In this document: piece by piece, positions 38,461 to 49,699 of the stretch
How the letters are laid out: each line of letters starts with the position of its first letter
How positions within the stretch are numbered: position 1 is the first letter of the stretch
Source: a virus
Taxonomy: Duplodnaviria > Heunggongvirae > Uroviricota > Caudoviricetes
Length of the DNA: 60,844 nt
Direction: 5' to 3' (one strand)
Virus record (IMG/VR): IMGVR_UViG_3300048496_000015
Made by a program: the position numbers and the translations under genes
Notes under the pieces: model-generated
The model's input: only the letters and a program-made list of their open reading frames with translations
What the model was told of the DNA's origin: nothing
Databases searched by the model: none

Positions 38461-38792
38461 TATAAAGCCTCCACAATAGCCTGTTCAACAAGTACTTCCA
38501 CGTACGGCTCAATGTCATCATATAACTCAAAGACATATTCTTGTCTTCCGTACTTATCTAGCTCGGTACGCTCAACCAAGTTATAGACTTGTCCACGTAG
38601 TGCTAGAAGGAGCCATATATGATCAGACTGCCATGGGCGCTTTCCATGTTTGAAGATTTCTGTTATAACACCGACCGGATACTTAGGGTTAGCAATATCT
38701 TTAGTATCCAATGTAACACGATTTTGTTCTACATCAGTGGCCACTACTGCAATCACGCTTGAGCTCAATATCTCGTATTTGTCACGATGCAT
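38460..38792 (-). CDS. Hypothetical protein
   Basis: 110-aa ORF, TAATG-coupled to the protease-like gene. Confidence 0.65.
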   Translation of the reverse strand: MHRDKYEILSSSVIAVVATDVEQNRVTLDTKDIANPKYPVGVITEIFKHGKRPWQSDHIWLLLALRGQVYNLVERTELDKYGRQEYVFELYDDIEPYVEVLVEQAIVEAL

Positions 38793-38845
38793 AAAGTATA
38801 TTTGGAGGGTACCATTGGTAGATAAGACGTTTAAAGGAGAAAATT

Positions 38846-39454
38846 ATGCGTACTGCCCAGTTTCGAGATGGTAATGGACGGTGGCTTGACATACCTTCAG
38901 TCGGCGTTGTCGAGAACCCAGACAATCTTGCATGGCATTACTGTAAGCAACACGGTATACGTACTCGCATCGTTGAAGTAAATGGCAAAGAAGTCAAGGT
39001 TTTAAAAGAAATCAAAATACAAAAGCGTTAACTAAATATACCCTAGATGTGGGTATTAACTAAAGAATCAACCGGGCTGATGTGGTTGGTGATCGATGGA
39101 GAAGATCACGACCACTTCATATTGCCGATTTTTACTACAACAGAGTCTGCAATGGACTTTGTGGGTGATATTGTGCATAATGATGAATTAGTAATTATGC
39201 GTCATATTGCTAGTTCTGAACTTATCAAAGATCTTGGTGAAGCGATTGCAGATAAGCCTGCCACTGCAATAGTTCTAGATCCACCAGATCCTGATACTCT
39301 TACAGGTGATGATGAGTTGGTGTATTGGTCAGGCCCAGAATTCTGTGAAATTCTAATGCCACTCATTGAAATGTCCATCACTTACGATGACAAGCATATT
39401 GTTGAAGTACTTGATCGCTACCTCAATAGTAAGACTTTGGTCAATCCTAAGTAA
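38846..39454 (+). CDS. Two small hypothetical proteins (38846-39031, 39047-39454)
   Basis: AGGAG RBS before 38846; clean ORFs. Confidence 0.65.
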
Positions 39455-39478
39455 CCTCACCACGGTTGCATATAAATT

Positions 39479-39502
39479 GGACCGCTACATGTGTAGCGGT
39501 CC
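39479..39502. terminator. Perfect hairpin between convergent genes
   Basis: ggaccgctac-atgt-gtagcggtcc. Confidence 0.6.
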
Positions 39503-39533
39503 TAGCAGGGAGAGGTCGGGATGGCTAAGTTAT

Positions 39534-40837
39534 CTACTCTTCGATATCGAACTGAGGTGGAGGTTCTGGCTCAGGTGGTGGTTCAACATGTTTCACCACA
39601 TCCTTAACCGGTTTGGTTTTCACCTCCTTGATCGGTTTGGGAGCCTTCTTTTCCTCTTTCGTAACCTCAAATTCGAAATGCTTTGGACTCTTCCTGCGAG
39701 TGCGTCCAAAGCGCCCTATTTCACGAATAACAAACTTCGGACCATCAGATGTGATTTCAACAGCTTCAACTACATTCAGAAACGACCGCGATCTAAACGT
39801 CTTGTAACGTCCTCGCCGCCCTACAAGTGCTTGCAACTCCTTTAAGAGAGCAGTTGCTTGCTTGTCCGGGCCCCAGGTTCCGACGCGGCCCTCTTTGATG
39901 ATCATTCAAATTTCCGTGGTGGTGCTCCGTGATCTTCCATACAATGAACGGCGATACCGGCACATTTTCTCATGATATCAAGGGCAGGTTCATTACCACC
40001 ATTATCTGTCCAAGCTTGCTGGAGTTTGTTCACGTAGCTCGAAAGCATTGTGATATAATCACCAGGCGTATGCTTGTGCCCATCATGACGGGCAGGACTC
40101 TTTTCGATGATGTTAGTCTGATATTCTCTTTCACCATCGATTAGCTTGTACACTTCTTCTCTATTCATCGTTCATCCTTTCTAACGTATTCTTTAGAGCG
40201 CGCAAAGGCCCAACGGAGCCATTCATGTTTACTTCGCCCCGCCAATATCCATTTGGCCAACCATATTCAATAACCGCTTCTGCAGCGGCTATTACTTTTA
40301 TTGCTTTTTCAAGTTCGGTACGAAGCTCATCACGTTCCTGTTCCATTTCAGCGACTTCTACAGCTAGATTACCAACGGGCCGATGAGAGCAATCTCTCTG
40401 TAGATAGAAAGCCAAACCGAAGACAGCAATAAGGACACCAAACATAATTCCCAAAATCACATCTTTCATAATTACTCCGTATCGAAAGGACTTACACTAT
40501 TCATACTAACTTCTACGGCCTCGATCAGATCCATCAGTGGATCCGGACCCATAACATCGAAAGGAGTACTAATAAACTTGTCACCTTCTAAATGTTTACA
40601 CACTAATCTAACACCCTCTGCCTTCGGGGGCCATTGTAACCTGAATCGAGCAATATGTACCGCAAAATCAATTTCTCCATATTCAGCCCTATAGAGCGTG
40701 CATGGACGCATTAACCGTATCTCAAGTACATATTTTAGTGCCGTTCCGAGAGATCCGACGCTAACCGTCTTATTCTCTTTAATACGGTCCAAGGCCTCGC
40801 GACAGGTCTTACTCTTTTTAAGAAAATCGTTATTCAT
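39534..40837 (-). CDS. Four hypothetical proteins (39534-39905, 39902-40168, 40161-40469 with N-terminal TM, 40472-40837)
   Basis: Coupled ORFs on the minus strand. Confidence 0.65.
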
Positions 40838-40846
40838 GGGAGACTT

Positions 40847-41725
40847 ATGAACGCCAATAAGTTATTTAAACTTCTCAATGAAGCTGAAGATTCTTTCAAT
40901 AATTTAGGATTATACAAGAAGATACTCTCGCAATCAGCACACATCAATTTTGATTTCTCAAACTTCAAATCCTTTGATATCCTAGGCGACAAAGCAATGG
41001 ACACGGCAAAGGCGAAAGGTTTATCACTCCCCTTCGATAATGTATTGTTCGACATCGATGGAGTAGATGCTCCTGATTTGTCGGGAGAGATCAAAAAACA
41101 GAGTTTGTTACTACACATAATACCAGTCGAAATTTCTACTGATATATCTACATTCAAAGTAATGTTGATCCAGGATATGAGATCTATGGATCGAGACATC
41201 TATCCACGCAGTCACATTGTGAGTTTAGACTCTACTAATATAATGTCGGTATCAGCAGTTGATGAAGGTATGGCCTCATTAGGATGTAAATGTTCAAGTA
41301 AGAGTCCTTTCTCGTACGGTAAGATATTCAAACAACTTCAATCGTTCACACCAGGTTTCAAGGCTGACTGTGGATTTATATCACCTAAATGCGAATCCAA
41401 TCTTGCGTGTTGTCAATATTTGCAAAGTAATTCTAAAGCGATCTCAAAGATTGCAATCGCTACTATCATCTATATGAATATGCCAGAGCATGAAACGATT
41501 AAGGTGACCAATGCGGCTGGTCAGGATGGTTTGAGGAATATGCCTCAACATCTGATTTGTGATAAGACCACTTGGGATGGTCTCCACATTGGTGGAACTA
41601 GCGGAGGGTCTAATTTCAAAGATGGCAATGATTTCGATAAGTTCTACAGCGCAGAACAATTCACATTGACTGCTGCCGATAAATTCACTAGGGGGAGTCT
41701 CCAATTCGAACCAGTGATAGAATAA
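40847..41725 (+). CDS. Hypothetical protein (292 aa)
   Basis: Long ORF with a Cys cluster; no motif recognised. Confidence 0.75.
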   Translation: MNANKLFKLLNEAEDSFNNLGLYKKILSQSAHINFDFSNFKSFDILGDKAMDTAKAKGLSLPFDNVLFDIDGVDAPDLSGEIKKQSLLLHIIPVEISTDISTFKVMLIQDMRSMDRDIYPRSHIVSLDSTNIMSVSAVDEGMASLGCKCSSKSPFSYGKIFKQLQSFTPGFKADCGFISPKCESNLACCQYLQSNSKAISKIAIATIIYMNMPEHETIKVTNAAGQDGLRNMPQHLICDKTTWDGLHIGGTSGGSNFKDGNDFDKFYSAEQFTLTAADKFTRGSLQFEPVIE

Positions 41726-41789
41726 TAAGTGTATTTAAAAAACAAAGATACTGCAGTAGCGGGTTTACTGATACCGCGAAAGGAAAGAA

Positions 41790-42692
41790 ATGAGAGAAGT
41801 TACCCCTCCCAGGGCCGATGTCGGTGTAATTGTTGGTCGATTCCAGGTCCACGAGCTCCATCAGGCACACCTCGATCTGATCTCGTTTGTTCGTAAGCGG
41901 CATGACCGCACCCTAATCTTCTTAGGATTATCACCATGCCGCGTAACGACGAATAATCCTCTCGATTTCGACGCCCGGAAGCAGATGCTCCAGGATGCTT
42001 TCCCCGACGTAGGGATTTATTATATTAAGGACTGCAACGACGATTCATTATGGTCTAAGCGACTTGATGGAATGATTACGGATCACTCCAAACCTGGTGC
42101 TAAAGTAATGCTTTACGGCGGTCGCGATGCTTTCATTAAGCATTATGATGGCAGGCATCCTGCCACTGAGTTAAAACAAGAAACATTTATGTCCGGTTCC
42201 GAAGTACGCAAGAGTATTAGTAACAAAGTTAAGGGCACCCCTGACTTCCGCGCTGGTGTTATTTGGGCCTCTCAGAATCAGTATCCAAAGGCCATTCCAA
42301 CTGTGGATATTGCGATATGGGATGATAAGAAGAAAATGCTCCTTATGGCTCGCAAGGAAGAGGAGCAGTTGTATAGATTCGTTGGAGGTTTCGCAACTGG
42401 GCCGACTTTCGAAGCTGATGCACGTCGCGAGGTTGAGGAAGAAACTGGGATTGATATTACTGATCCTGAATACGTTGGCTCTCGTCAGGTTGATGATTGG
42501 CGTTATCGCAGTGAAATTGACAAGATTGTGACTATCTTGTTTGAAGCAAAACATTTTAGTGGTAGGCCACGCCCAATGGATGATATCGTTGAACTGAAGT
42601 GGTTTCAGTTCAGCACCCTCAAGGACAAGGACCTTGTCCCTGAACATAGAGAACTCCTAAAGATGCTACGATGCAAAAAGGAGAACCGATGA
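41790..42692 (+). CDS. nadM: Bifunctional NMN adenylyltransferase / Nudix hydrolase (NadM-Nudix, NatV-like)
   Basis: 'GRFQVHELHQAH', 'NNPLDFDARKQM', Nudix box 'GGF...EADARREVEEETG'. Confidence 0.92.
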   Translation: MREVTPPRADVGVIVGRFQVHELHQAHLDLISFVRKRHDRTLIFLGLSPCRVTTNNPLDFDARKQMLQDAFPDVGIYYIKDCNDDSLWSKRLDGMITDHSKPGAKVMLYGGRDAFIKHYDGRHPATELKQETFMSGSEVRKSISNKVKGTPDFRAGVIWASQNQYPKAIPTVDIAIWDDKKKMLLMARKEEEQLYRFVGGFATGPTFEADARREVEEETGIDITDPEYVGSRQVDDWRYRSEIDKIVTILFEAKHFSGRPRPMDDIVELKWFQFSTLKDKDLVPEHRELLKMLRCKKENR

Positions 42693-44086
42693 ATTTCAAT
42701 ATCTGCACCGCAACAGACAGCTACAAATTGACTCACTGGAATCAGTATCCCCATGACACCGAGAAGGTCTATTCCTATCTCGAAGCTCGGAAGGGTGCGA
42801 GATTCGATGAGACTGTGTTCTTTGGACTACAGTACATCATGAAACGCTACTTGGAAGGCGTAGTCGTTACCACTAAGATGGTCGATCAGGCCGAAAAGCT
42901 TGCTGCCGCCCATTTTGGCAATCCTGATATTTTCAACCGTGAACGGTGGGATTATATCGTTAGAAATTTTGGCGGGCGTCTACCCGTTCGGATCAAGGCT
43001 GTTCCTGAGGGGATGCCGGTTCCAATTAATAACGTCATGATGACGATTGAGAACACTGATCCTAAGTGTTATTGGTTAACTAATCACCTTGAGACCATCC
43101 TTACTCATGTCTGGTCTCCATCTACTGTGGCGACCCAGAGTCGTAGAGCTAAGAAGGTTATCAAGCATTACCTCGACAAGACTGCTCAGAGCGATGCTGG
43201 CCTAGATTTCATGTTACATGACTTCGGATACCGAGGTGTCTCCTCAATCGAATCTGCGGCTCTTAGTGGTGCTGGCCATCTGGTGAATTTCAAAGGAACC
43301 GATACTATTGCGGCGATGGAACTGTTAATGCAGTATTATGGAGCAGAAGTCCCTGCATTCTCAGTTCCGGCAACTGAACATAGTGTCATGACTAGCCAGG
43401 GTCAGGAAGGCGAAGAGAAGGTTCTTGAGCAGGTCCTTACTGCCTATCCAGCTGGCATTCTGTCGGTTGTTATCGACTCTTATGATTACCGAAACTTCAT
43501 TAAGTTAGCAGGCACTAAGTACAAGTATCAGATCTCGAGGCGTGACGGTAAAGTTGTCTTCCGTCCTGATAGCGGTAATCCGATTGCTGTTACTAAAGAA
43601 GTCCTAACGTTATTGGCGGCTCATTTTGGATCCACACGCAATGATAAGGGTTACATCACCTTAGATCCTAAGGTTGGAGCATTGTGGGGAGACGGAATCA
43701 ACTTAATGGATATGACCAATATCCTAGATGCGATGGCTAAAGCTAATTGGAGCGCTGATAATATCGTATTTGGTATGGGCGGAGGATTGTTACAGAAGAT
43801 CAATCGCGATACGCAGCGGTTCGCCTTCAAGAGCAGCTATCAGGAGCGCAACGGTATCGGCTATGATATCTTCAAGGATCCAGTTGATTCATCTAAGGCG
43901 AGTAAGCGTGGTAGATTGAAGCTGGTTCGGACAGGCGACACTATGACAACTCTCCGTGAAGAAGAACCCGGCGAGGACCTGATGCAGATCGTATTTGAAA
44001 ACGGTGATGTCAAAAAGTCCTACACTTTGGACGAAGTCAGAGACAACGCAACTCTGCGAGAGAACCTCTTTGCAGGGGTAATTTGA
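42689..44086 (+). CDS. nadV: Nicotinamide phosphoribosyltransferase (NAMPT)
   Basis: 'TDSYKLTHW', 'LHDFGYRG', 'ATEHSVMT', 'FRPDSG', 'FGMGGGLLQKINRDT'; start ATG 42689 after AAGGAG. Confidence 0.96.
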   Translation: MNFNICTATDSYKLTHWNQYPHDTEKVYSYLEARKGARFDETVFFGLQYIMKRYLEGVVVTTKMVDQAEKLAAAHFGNPDIFNRERWDYIVRNFGGRLPVRIKAVPEGMPVPINNVMMTIENTDPKCYWLTNHLETILTHVWSPSTVATQSRRAKKVIKHYLDKTAQSDAGLDFMLHDFGYRGVSSIESAALSGAGHLVNFKGTDTIAAMELLMQYYGAEVPAFSVPATEHSVMTSQGQEGEEKVLEQVLTAYPAGILSVVIDSYDYRNFIKLAGTKYKYQISRRDGKVVFRPDSGNPIAVTKEVLTLLAAHFGSTRNDKGYITLDPKVGALWGDGINLMDMTNILDAMAKANWSADNIVFGMGGGLLQKINRDTQRFAFKSSYQERNGIGYDIFKDPVDSSKASKRGRLKLVRTGDTMTTLREEEPGEDLMQIVFENGDVKKSYTLDEVRDNATLRENLFAGVI

Positions 44087-44403
44087 TGCGTTGGCATGAA
44101 CAATCATTAGTTGTTAAAGGTCTCCCAGATGGAGAAATACTTCTTATTGGTATCCTAGAAGAAAGTGTTCTTCGGCTCGATGTGGAATTTTGGAAAAATG
44201 ATAAGTGTTATACGATTACGGAGTGGTCTAAATCACTTAGAATGTGGCGATCACAAGAGATCCTCAACGAAGAAGTCCGAGAGAAATACTGGGACAAAAT
44301 CATCAAAATAAAATCTCGCCACGAATCGTTCCCCTATTCAGATTGGTTATATTACTTCACATCGAAATTGAATCCTGAGGAACGTAAGGAGTTATTAGGA
44401 TGA
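44083..44403 (+). CDS. Hypothetical protein
   Basis: ATGA-coupled on both sides. Confidence 0.65.
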   Translation: MMRWHEQSLVVKGLPDGEILLIGILEESVLRLDVEFWKNDKCYTITEWSKSLRMWRSQEILNEEVREKYWDKIIKIKSRHESFPYSDWLYYFTSKLNPEERKELLG

Positions 44404-44786
44404 GAGCGTTGAGTGTTAGGCAACCATACGCTGAGTTGATCCTTCGTGGCAACAAGGTTATTGAATTTCGAACAAAGCCAACTAATATTCGTGAGCGTGT
44501 CTATCTATACGTCTCTAAACATCCTAGTGGCCCAGAAATTTGGGAAGGATTAGATTTTACTGCTGATGATGTTCCAACTGGTATTATTGTGGGAACAGTA
44601 GAGATTGCCAATTGTGGGCGCATACCTCACGAAGATAAGGAAAAGTTCGGCCTTGATAGATCAATATTCCCTGAAGACGACGAAGTTGTCTATGGTTGGT
44701 TATTAGAAGCGCCACGTCGACTTAAGCGAACTTTAAAACCTGAGGGGCACCCCCAGCCTATCTGGTTTAATCCATTTCCTAAATAG
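44400..44786 (+). CDS. ASCH domain protein
   Basis: 'ALSVRQPYAELILRGNKVIEFR'. Confidence 0.9.
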   Translation: MRALSVRQPYAELILRGNKVIEFRTKPTNIRERVYLYVSKHPSGPEIWEGLDFTADDVPTGIIVGTVEIANCGRIPHEDKEKFGLDRSIFPEDDEVVYGWLLEAPRRLKRTLKPEGHPQPIWFNPFPK

Positions 44787-44794
44787 GAGAATAT

Positions 44795-45130
44795 ATGAGC
44801 GGTTGGATTGGAGTAGATTTAGACGGTACTTTGGCCCATTATACAGGTTGGAAGGGGCCTGAAATTATAGGAGACCCTATACCCGAGATGGTCTCCCGTG
44901 TTCTTGATTGGAGCAATTCGGGGTGCGAAGTTCGAATTTTTACAGCTCGTGCTTCCGTACCAGAACAGATTCCCCCTATTATTGAATGGTGCAAGAAACA
45001 TTTAGGGAGAGAACTTCCTGTAACCAACGTGAAAGATTTCGGGATGATTGAGTTATATGACGATCGTTGTGTCCAAGTTGAAATGAATACAGGAAAATTA
45101 GTTGGATATTCGACACGAGAACTTCGTTGA
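44795..45130 (+). CDS. Small HAD-superfamily phosphatase-like phage protein
   Basis: 'WIGVDLDGTLAHY', 'IFTAR', 'LYDDR'. Confidence 0.85.
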   Translation: MSGWIGVDLDGTLAHYTGWKGPEIIGDPIPEMVSRVLDWSNSGCEVRIFTARASVPEQIPPIIEWCKKHLGRELPVTNVKDFGMIELYDDRCVQVEMNTGKLVGYSTRELR

Positions 45131-45140
45131 TAGATAACTC

Positions 45141-46115
45141 ATGAAAATTTTAACCTGTAATCCAGATGGTGGTGCGTTTAAGTATATCCTCACTGGTATC
45201 AATAGTGCATTCAAAGCGGCTGGTAATGAAGTAAGCGTTCAGAAGGGTCGAGATGTTCTTGGCGAATTCGACCTTTATATTGGCTGCTCCGGTTGGCGAC
45301 AGAATATCCCCCAAAAGAATAAGCGTAAGGGCTTAGTGGGTATTCACGTAAACCCGTACGGTAAGAAGAAAGTCGGAAGTGTTGATCGTGGACCAGTCAT
45401 TGATGAAAGTCAAGAAGCTATCAAATGGACACTGGCCCAAAAGCCTGATTTTGTATTTGGTTATATTGGCGAAACATTCATTCCCGATTATTTCGGATAT
45501 TGGACATCGAAGCACGGTATTCCAGTTGTGCCTATGCCTACAGCCGCCGATATTATGGTTTATAGGCCGAAACCACCTCAGGACAAGTTTAAGTGTGAGA
45601 TTGGGTGGGTTGGTGGCAAGTGGGGTTACAAGGCGATTATGCTGGATAAATATATGACCCCACTCTCTCGAAAGAAGAAGTGCCTAATCTATGGTTGGGC
45701 AAACTCTTGGGGCAACAAGATGGCCATCACCGATGCGGACGTACCTTTCCTGTTCTCTTCGGCTAAGATCTGTCCGAGCGTATCGGAGCCTCATAGTGTT
45801 CCTCATCCTGTTGATGTTCCCGAGAGAGTGTTCAAAGTTTGTGCGTCTGGTGGATTCACTATCCATACGCCATCCCCAGCCATTCCAGATATGTTCGGTG
45901 ATGCTATGCCAATGGCTAGAGATCCAAAACATTGGTTTGAGTTAATTGATCATTATCTGAAGAATGACGCTGAGCGGCAGGCAATGGCTAAGAAGCAACG
46001 AGCTGTGACTTTAGCTAAGCACACTTATTTTGATCGCTGTCAGGGTATCGCTAAGGTGATTGGCAATACCAAAATGGTCGCAGATCTAGCGCAAGCTAAA
46101 GAGAAGTTGTTATAA
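45141..46115 (+). CDS. Glycosyltransferase (GT-B, CgeB-like)
   Basis: 'IGWVGG', 'SSAKICPSVSE...ERVFKVCASGGF', 'HTYFDR'. Confidence 0.8.
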   Translation: MKILTCNPDGGAFKYILTGINSAFKAAGNEVSVQKGRDVLGEFDLYIGCSGWRQNIPQKNKRKGLVGIHVNPYGKKKVGSVDRGPVIDESQEAIKWTLAQKPDFVFGYIGETFIPDYFGYWTSKHGIPVVPMPTAADIMVYRPKPPQDKFKCEIGWVGGKWGYKAIMLDKYMTPLSRKKKCLIYGWANSWGNKMAITDADVPFLFSSAKICPSVSEPHSVPHPVDVPERVFKVCASGGFTIHTPSPAIPDMFGDAMPMARDPKHWFELIDHYLKNDAERQAMAKKQRAVTLAKHTYFDRCQGIAKVIGNTKMVADLAQAKEKLL

Positions 46116-48020
46116 CTTGTACTTCTTTTTCAATGTTGTACTCAAGATATTGGCAATATCTCTAATTGAGTGCCTAGCCCGCATATCGTGAAAATATTTC
46201 TTGTTGGCTATATGACATTGTTCCCATCCTGGTGTGCGATCATGCCATAGGTGGATCATCTTTACAACACGCTCGCTATTAAGGTTGGACTGATCTTTTA
46301 AACGATGATAGAATTCGCAATCTTCAACACCATAACCAACAAAACGTTCGTCAAATCCACCAATACGAATATAGATCGCCTTACGCACAGCTAAAGATCC
46401 ACCTTCAAAATAATCGACAGCTTGATTACATTGCCGCTTTTTGGCAGTGACGCTGTGGCTTCTGTTAACATCGCTAGTCGATGGCTGAGTGAGATATAGA
46501 ACTTGTTTACCAAAGTGGCACGATTCGTGGACCTTTAACGTATTATAAACTCGCTGCGTATAATTCATTGGAACTAATATATCAGCATCATGAAGCACAA
46601 TATATTCAGACGTGCTACTAACCACTCCTTTATTAAATGCTGCTGATTTATTAAATTGTTGTCCTTTTGAAGAGCTCGGAACCAATATGTGTTTAGTTGG
46701 TCCTATATCAGCATCCCTTAAAGCTATCTGTACATCTTGTTCCACTACTATGATTTCTATGTTAGGGAATCTCTGAGCACGAATATTTCCAATTACTGAT
46801 TCAATAGATGGACTTCTGTTGGCAGAACTCCGACATGGTATCACGTAACTGATTGTTGGAACCAAAGTAGCCGATGTAGGCGAAATATATCGACGTTTGA
46901 TATTACGAACAGCCTTAGCATACGCCTCTTTAGCTTTGGCATATAGTTGAGTTCGATTCTCTACAGCCGATTCTTCGTGCCATATCCGAAAGTAAGCTTC
47001 AGAATTCGCAACATCATGGAAGCCTGGTGGTTGGATCCCTGAAAGTGAAACACGACGAGACCAATCTACATGTTCCATTCCGTATATGCCAAAAGATTCA
47101 TCAAAATATCCAACTGTTCCAAATGCTCGCTCATCAAAAGCCATAACAGATCCATGCGGTCTGTCGTTGATAGTCTTAATTAAAACACCATTATGATTAC
47201 GCTTACCACCATCATTATGACCAGCACCATAAATTCCATGTTGTCTATAACAGAAGTGATGGAAATTAGTCTTGGACATGACGTTGAAGTAAAATGTTTC
47301 CCATCCTGCCTTCGACACCTCAACATCGTCGTTCAATAAGAGCTTATAACGGAATCTAGATAGACAACGTAGCAATCGATTAGTATTACCTGCAATACCT
47401 AATCGCTGCTTATTATCAACTAGAATTATATCAGGTTGTTCACGAAGCCATTGTTTAACTTGAAGAAGTGACGATTCATCACTGACAAAAATCTTTACCC
47501 GATTCATGTCAGTACACCTTCGTATTGATTTAATCAGTCGCTGGAGACTCCCCAGTCGATTATAACTTAAAATCCCAACACCAATATTATTCGAGATAGG
47601 GTACTCATCCTCACCTATCGCTTGCTGGTAGAATGCTGCAGGATTTCCTCTAGCTCTATGTCCAACGACTGGTTCACCAGGAGTCCGAATGGAACGAGGA
47701 ACTCTATGATAACTGGCTGGTCTACGAGTGACTGCACTAGCATCACCCTGCTGAGGAGGATTATGAGCAACACGTCTCCTCGGGGGTCTTGGTCTTGTTT
47801 TGGGTTGTGATTTAGCTTGTGGTTTTTTTACTCCTGGAGGTGAATTATCTTCTCCCAATATACGGACTACCCGCAAATATTTTGGAACATATTTGGAGAT
47901 ATACCAATCAGACAGGACGACTTTGGCGTGGCGGGCGACGGGTGTTACTCTTTTGTCCGGGCCTACTAGCTGAACGGCGAACGAGTTGGGGTTTATGAAC
48001 TCTACCAACTTGGCCATCAA
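46110..48020 (-). CDS. Tandem GT-A (family 2-like) glycosyltransferase with N-terminal extension
   Basis: 'GILSYNR...LLNDDVE' and 'SYVIP...LHDADIL...GGFDERFVGYGVED...HLWH'. Confidence 0.88.
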   Translation of the reverse strand: MMAKLVEFINPNSFAVQLVGPDKRVTPVARHAKVVLSDWYISKYVPKYLRVVRILGEDNSPPGVKKPQAKSQPKTRPRPPRRRVAHNPPQQGDASAVTRRPASYHRVPRSIRTPGEPVVGHRARGNPAAFYQQAIGEDEYPISNNIGVGILSYNRLGSLQRLIKSIRRCTDMNRVKIFVSDESSLLQVKQWLREQPDIILVDNKQRLGIAGNTNRLLRCLSRFRYKLLLNDDVEVSKAGWETFYFNVMSKTNFHHFCYRQHGIYGAGHNDGGKRNHNGVLIKTINDRPHGSVMAFDERAFGTVGYFDESFGIYGMEHVDWSRRVSLSGIQPPGFHDVANSEAYFRIWHEESAVENRTQLYAKAKEAYAKAVRNIKRRYISPTSATLVPTISYVIPCRSSANRSPSIESVIGNIRAQRFPNIEIIVVEQDVQIALRDADIGPTKHILVPSSSKGQQFNKSAAFNKGVVSSTSEYIVLHDADILVPMNYTQRVYNTLKVHESCHFGKQVLYLTQPSTSDVNRSHSVTAKKRQCNQAVDYFEGGSLAVRKAIYIRIGGFDERFVGYGVEDCEFYHRLKDQSNLNSERVVKMIHLWHDRTPGWEQCHIANKKYFHDMRARHSIRDIANILSTTLKKKYKL

Positions 48021-48549
48021 TTATCGCCTTAGCTATTCTAGATGCAGCGTTGACCAGGTCGGTCTTATCGCTGTCATTATTTTTAATAAAGAAGAATTTA
48101 TCGCTTGCCTTACGTAGCTCTGGAATAGATTCTTTAAAATCACTGGCGTAACCAGTAATAATTTTGTGATTCGGCCACTTGTCCCCTGCACGATTCCTAC
48201 AATCGTCCATTACGGCTCCTACAAAAGCATAGATTATAGTATGCTTCTGTGCTTTGGCCGTCACGAAGTGTTGTAACATAGTCTTAGTCTTTGCAGCACA
48301 GGTATCAAATATTATAATTGTATCATTATCCTCAGTTTTTAATGATGCTATTAACATATCTTGAGCTACTTCCCAAGATGTAATGCGGGTTTTGGTCTTC
48401 TCGCCTTCGTTCATAGAATCATACTCGGGCGGACGAAGAGTTGAGGGATCGATATGAAGGGTTTTACGCTTTTTGCCGACTGCTTTAAGGATTTCCTTAG
48501 CGAATTCGGTCTTACCGCTGAACGGATAACCTGCTGTGAATATGATCAT
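47908..48549 (-). CDS. P-loop kinase (AAA_33 / PNK-kinase-like)
   Basis: 'AGYPFSGKTEF', 'IIFDTC', 'CRNR'. Confidence 0.8.
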   Translation of the reverse strand: MIIFTAGYPFSGKTEFAKEILKAVGKKRKTLHIDPSTLRPPEYDSMNEGEKTKTRITSWEVAQDMLIASLKTEDNDTIIIFDTCAAKTKTMLQHFVTAKAQKHTIIYAFVGAVMDDCRNRAGDKWPNHKIITGYASDFKESIPELRKASDKFFFIKNNDSDKTDLVNAASRIAKAIIDGQVGRVHKPQLVRRSASRPGQKSNTRRPPRQSRPV

Positions 48550-48564
48550 ACCGGTTTAGATACG

Positions 48565-49685
48565 TTAGCGCTGGATCGCGTAACGCTCATACCAGTATTT
48601 CTTCTTCTTTTGAGGTAGGACTCCATGTCTCCGGGAATCACCGTGGCTGAGTGGTAAAGCGACTGGACGGATTGCGATTGCACCAGTAGTTACCGCCATT
48701 TCCAAAAGCTTACGATCAAATACTCCGGCAGCCTTGTCTTCTGGTATTTCTTCAGTAATTGGCAATTGACAACTACCACCTACATTGGTCTCAAATATTG
48801 CGATGCTACGATGGATGTTATGGCACAACAGATTAAACTTATATGCCTCATTAAGAAGCGTATCTGCTGAATTGACATCAAAACCATTGATAGCGTCTAT
48901 GAGTTTATAGGCAGTATTAACATAATCCATACTTTCAATTGGGGAAACTTCATCAAGAGTGAGCTCTGGCTTGTCTGGGGCCGTTGTGTCAATTATGGCA
49001 CATGTCAAGTCTAATACATCATCAGCTGTCTCGACCAGGGTATCCACTCGAGTAGCAAGTTCATTTAACGCGATCTTACCATTAACAAATTCAGCTAGCC
49101 CGTGGCGCATCCGTAAAGTAGGTACCAAAATACCAGTTGTTTTAGAAGCATGTTCTGAAAGACGTTGCAACGCCTCTTGATAGGTAAGGACCATTCTATC
49201 TGATTGATGGTCCATCTGACGTGCAATGTTCCTGATATCGTCAGCCATTATTCCTCCACGCCCAACCATTTAGCAACAGATGTTTGTGCTTCTGGTGATT
49301 CTGCAGCCTTGGTTGTCGCATGTTCTCTGGCTTTGCTTATATGTAGAACCAATTCCTGTTTCAAGCGTTCAAGTTTTCTGGATAAGGAGAAATCACTGAA
49401 TACATTCTGAATGACAAAACGAGCCCCCTCGATATCCGCTGCCGCGCCTTGAAGCTTTTCGATGGCCTTTAGACCTTGATTGATATTGACCTTGCCTCCG
49501 GAAGGGCCCTCTCCGAGCTCTCCGTTGCCCTCCTCGGGCTTTTCTGGGACTGGAGGGGCCTTAGCCCCGTCCAAGGCTTTCTCGGGCGCAGGAGATACCT
49601 CTTCTGGGCCTGGGGTGGGCGCAGGTTTGACCGCTTTCGGATCCTGCTCGGACAATAATCTACGCTGACGTGAAGTTAAAGCCAT
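48565..49685 (-). CDS. Two hypothetical proteins (48565-49269, 49248-49685)
   Basis: Long clean ORFs; the second has a Pro/Glu-rich linker. Confidence 0.7.
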
Positions 49686-49699
49686 TGAAATACCCCAAT

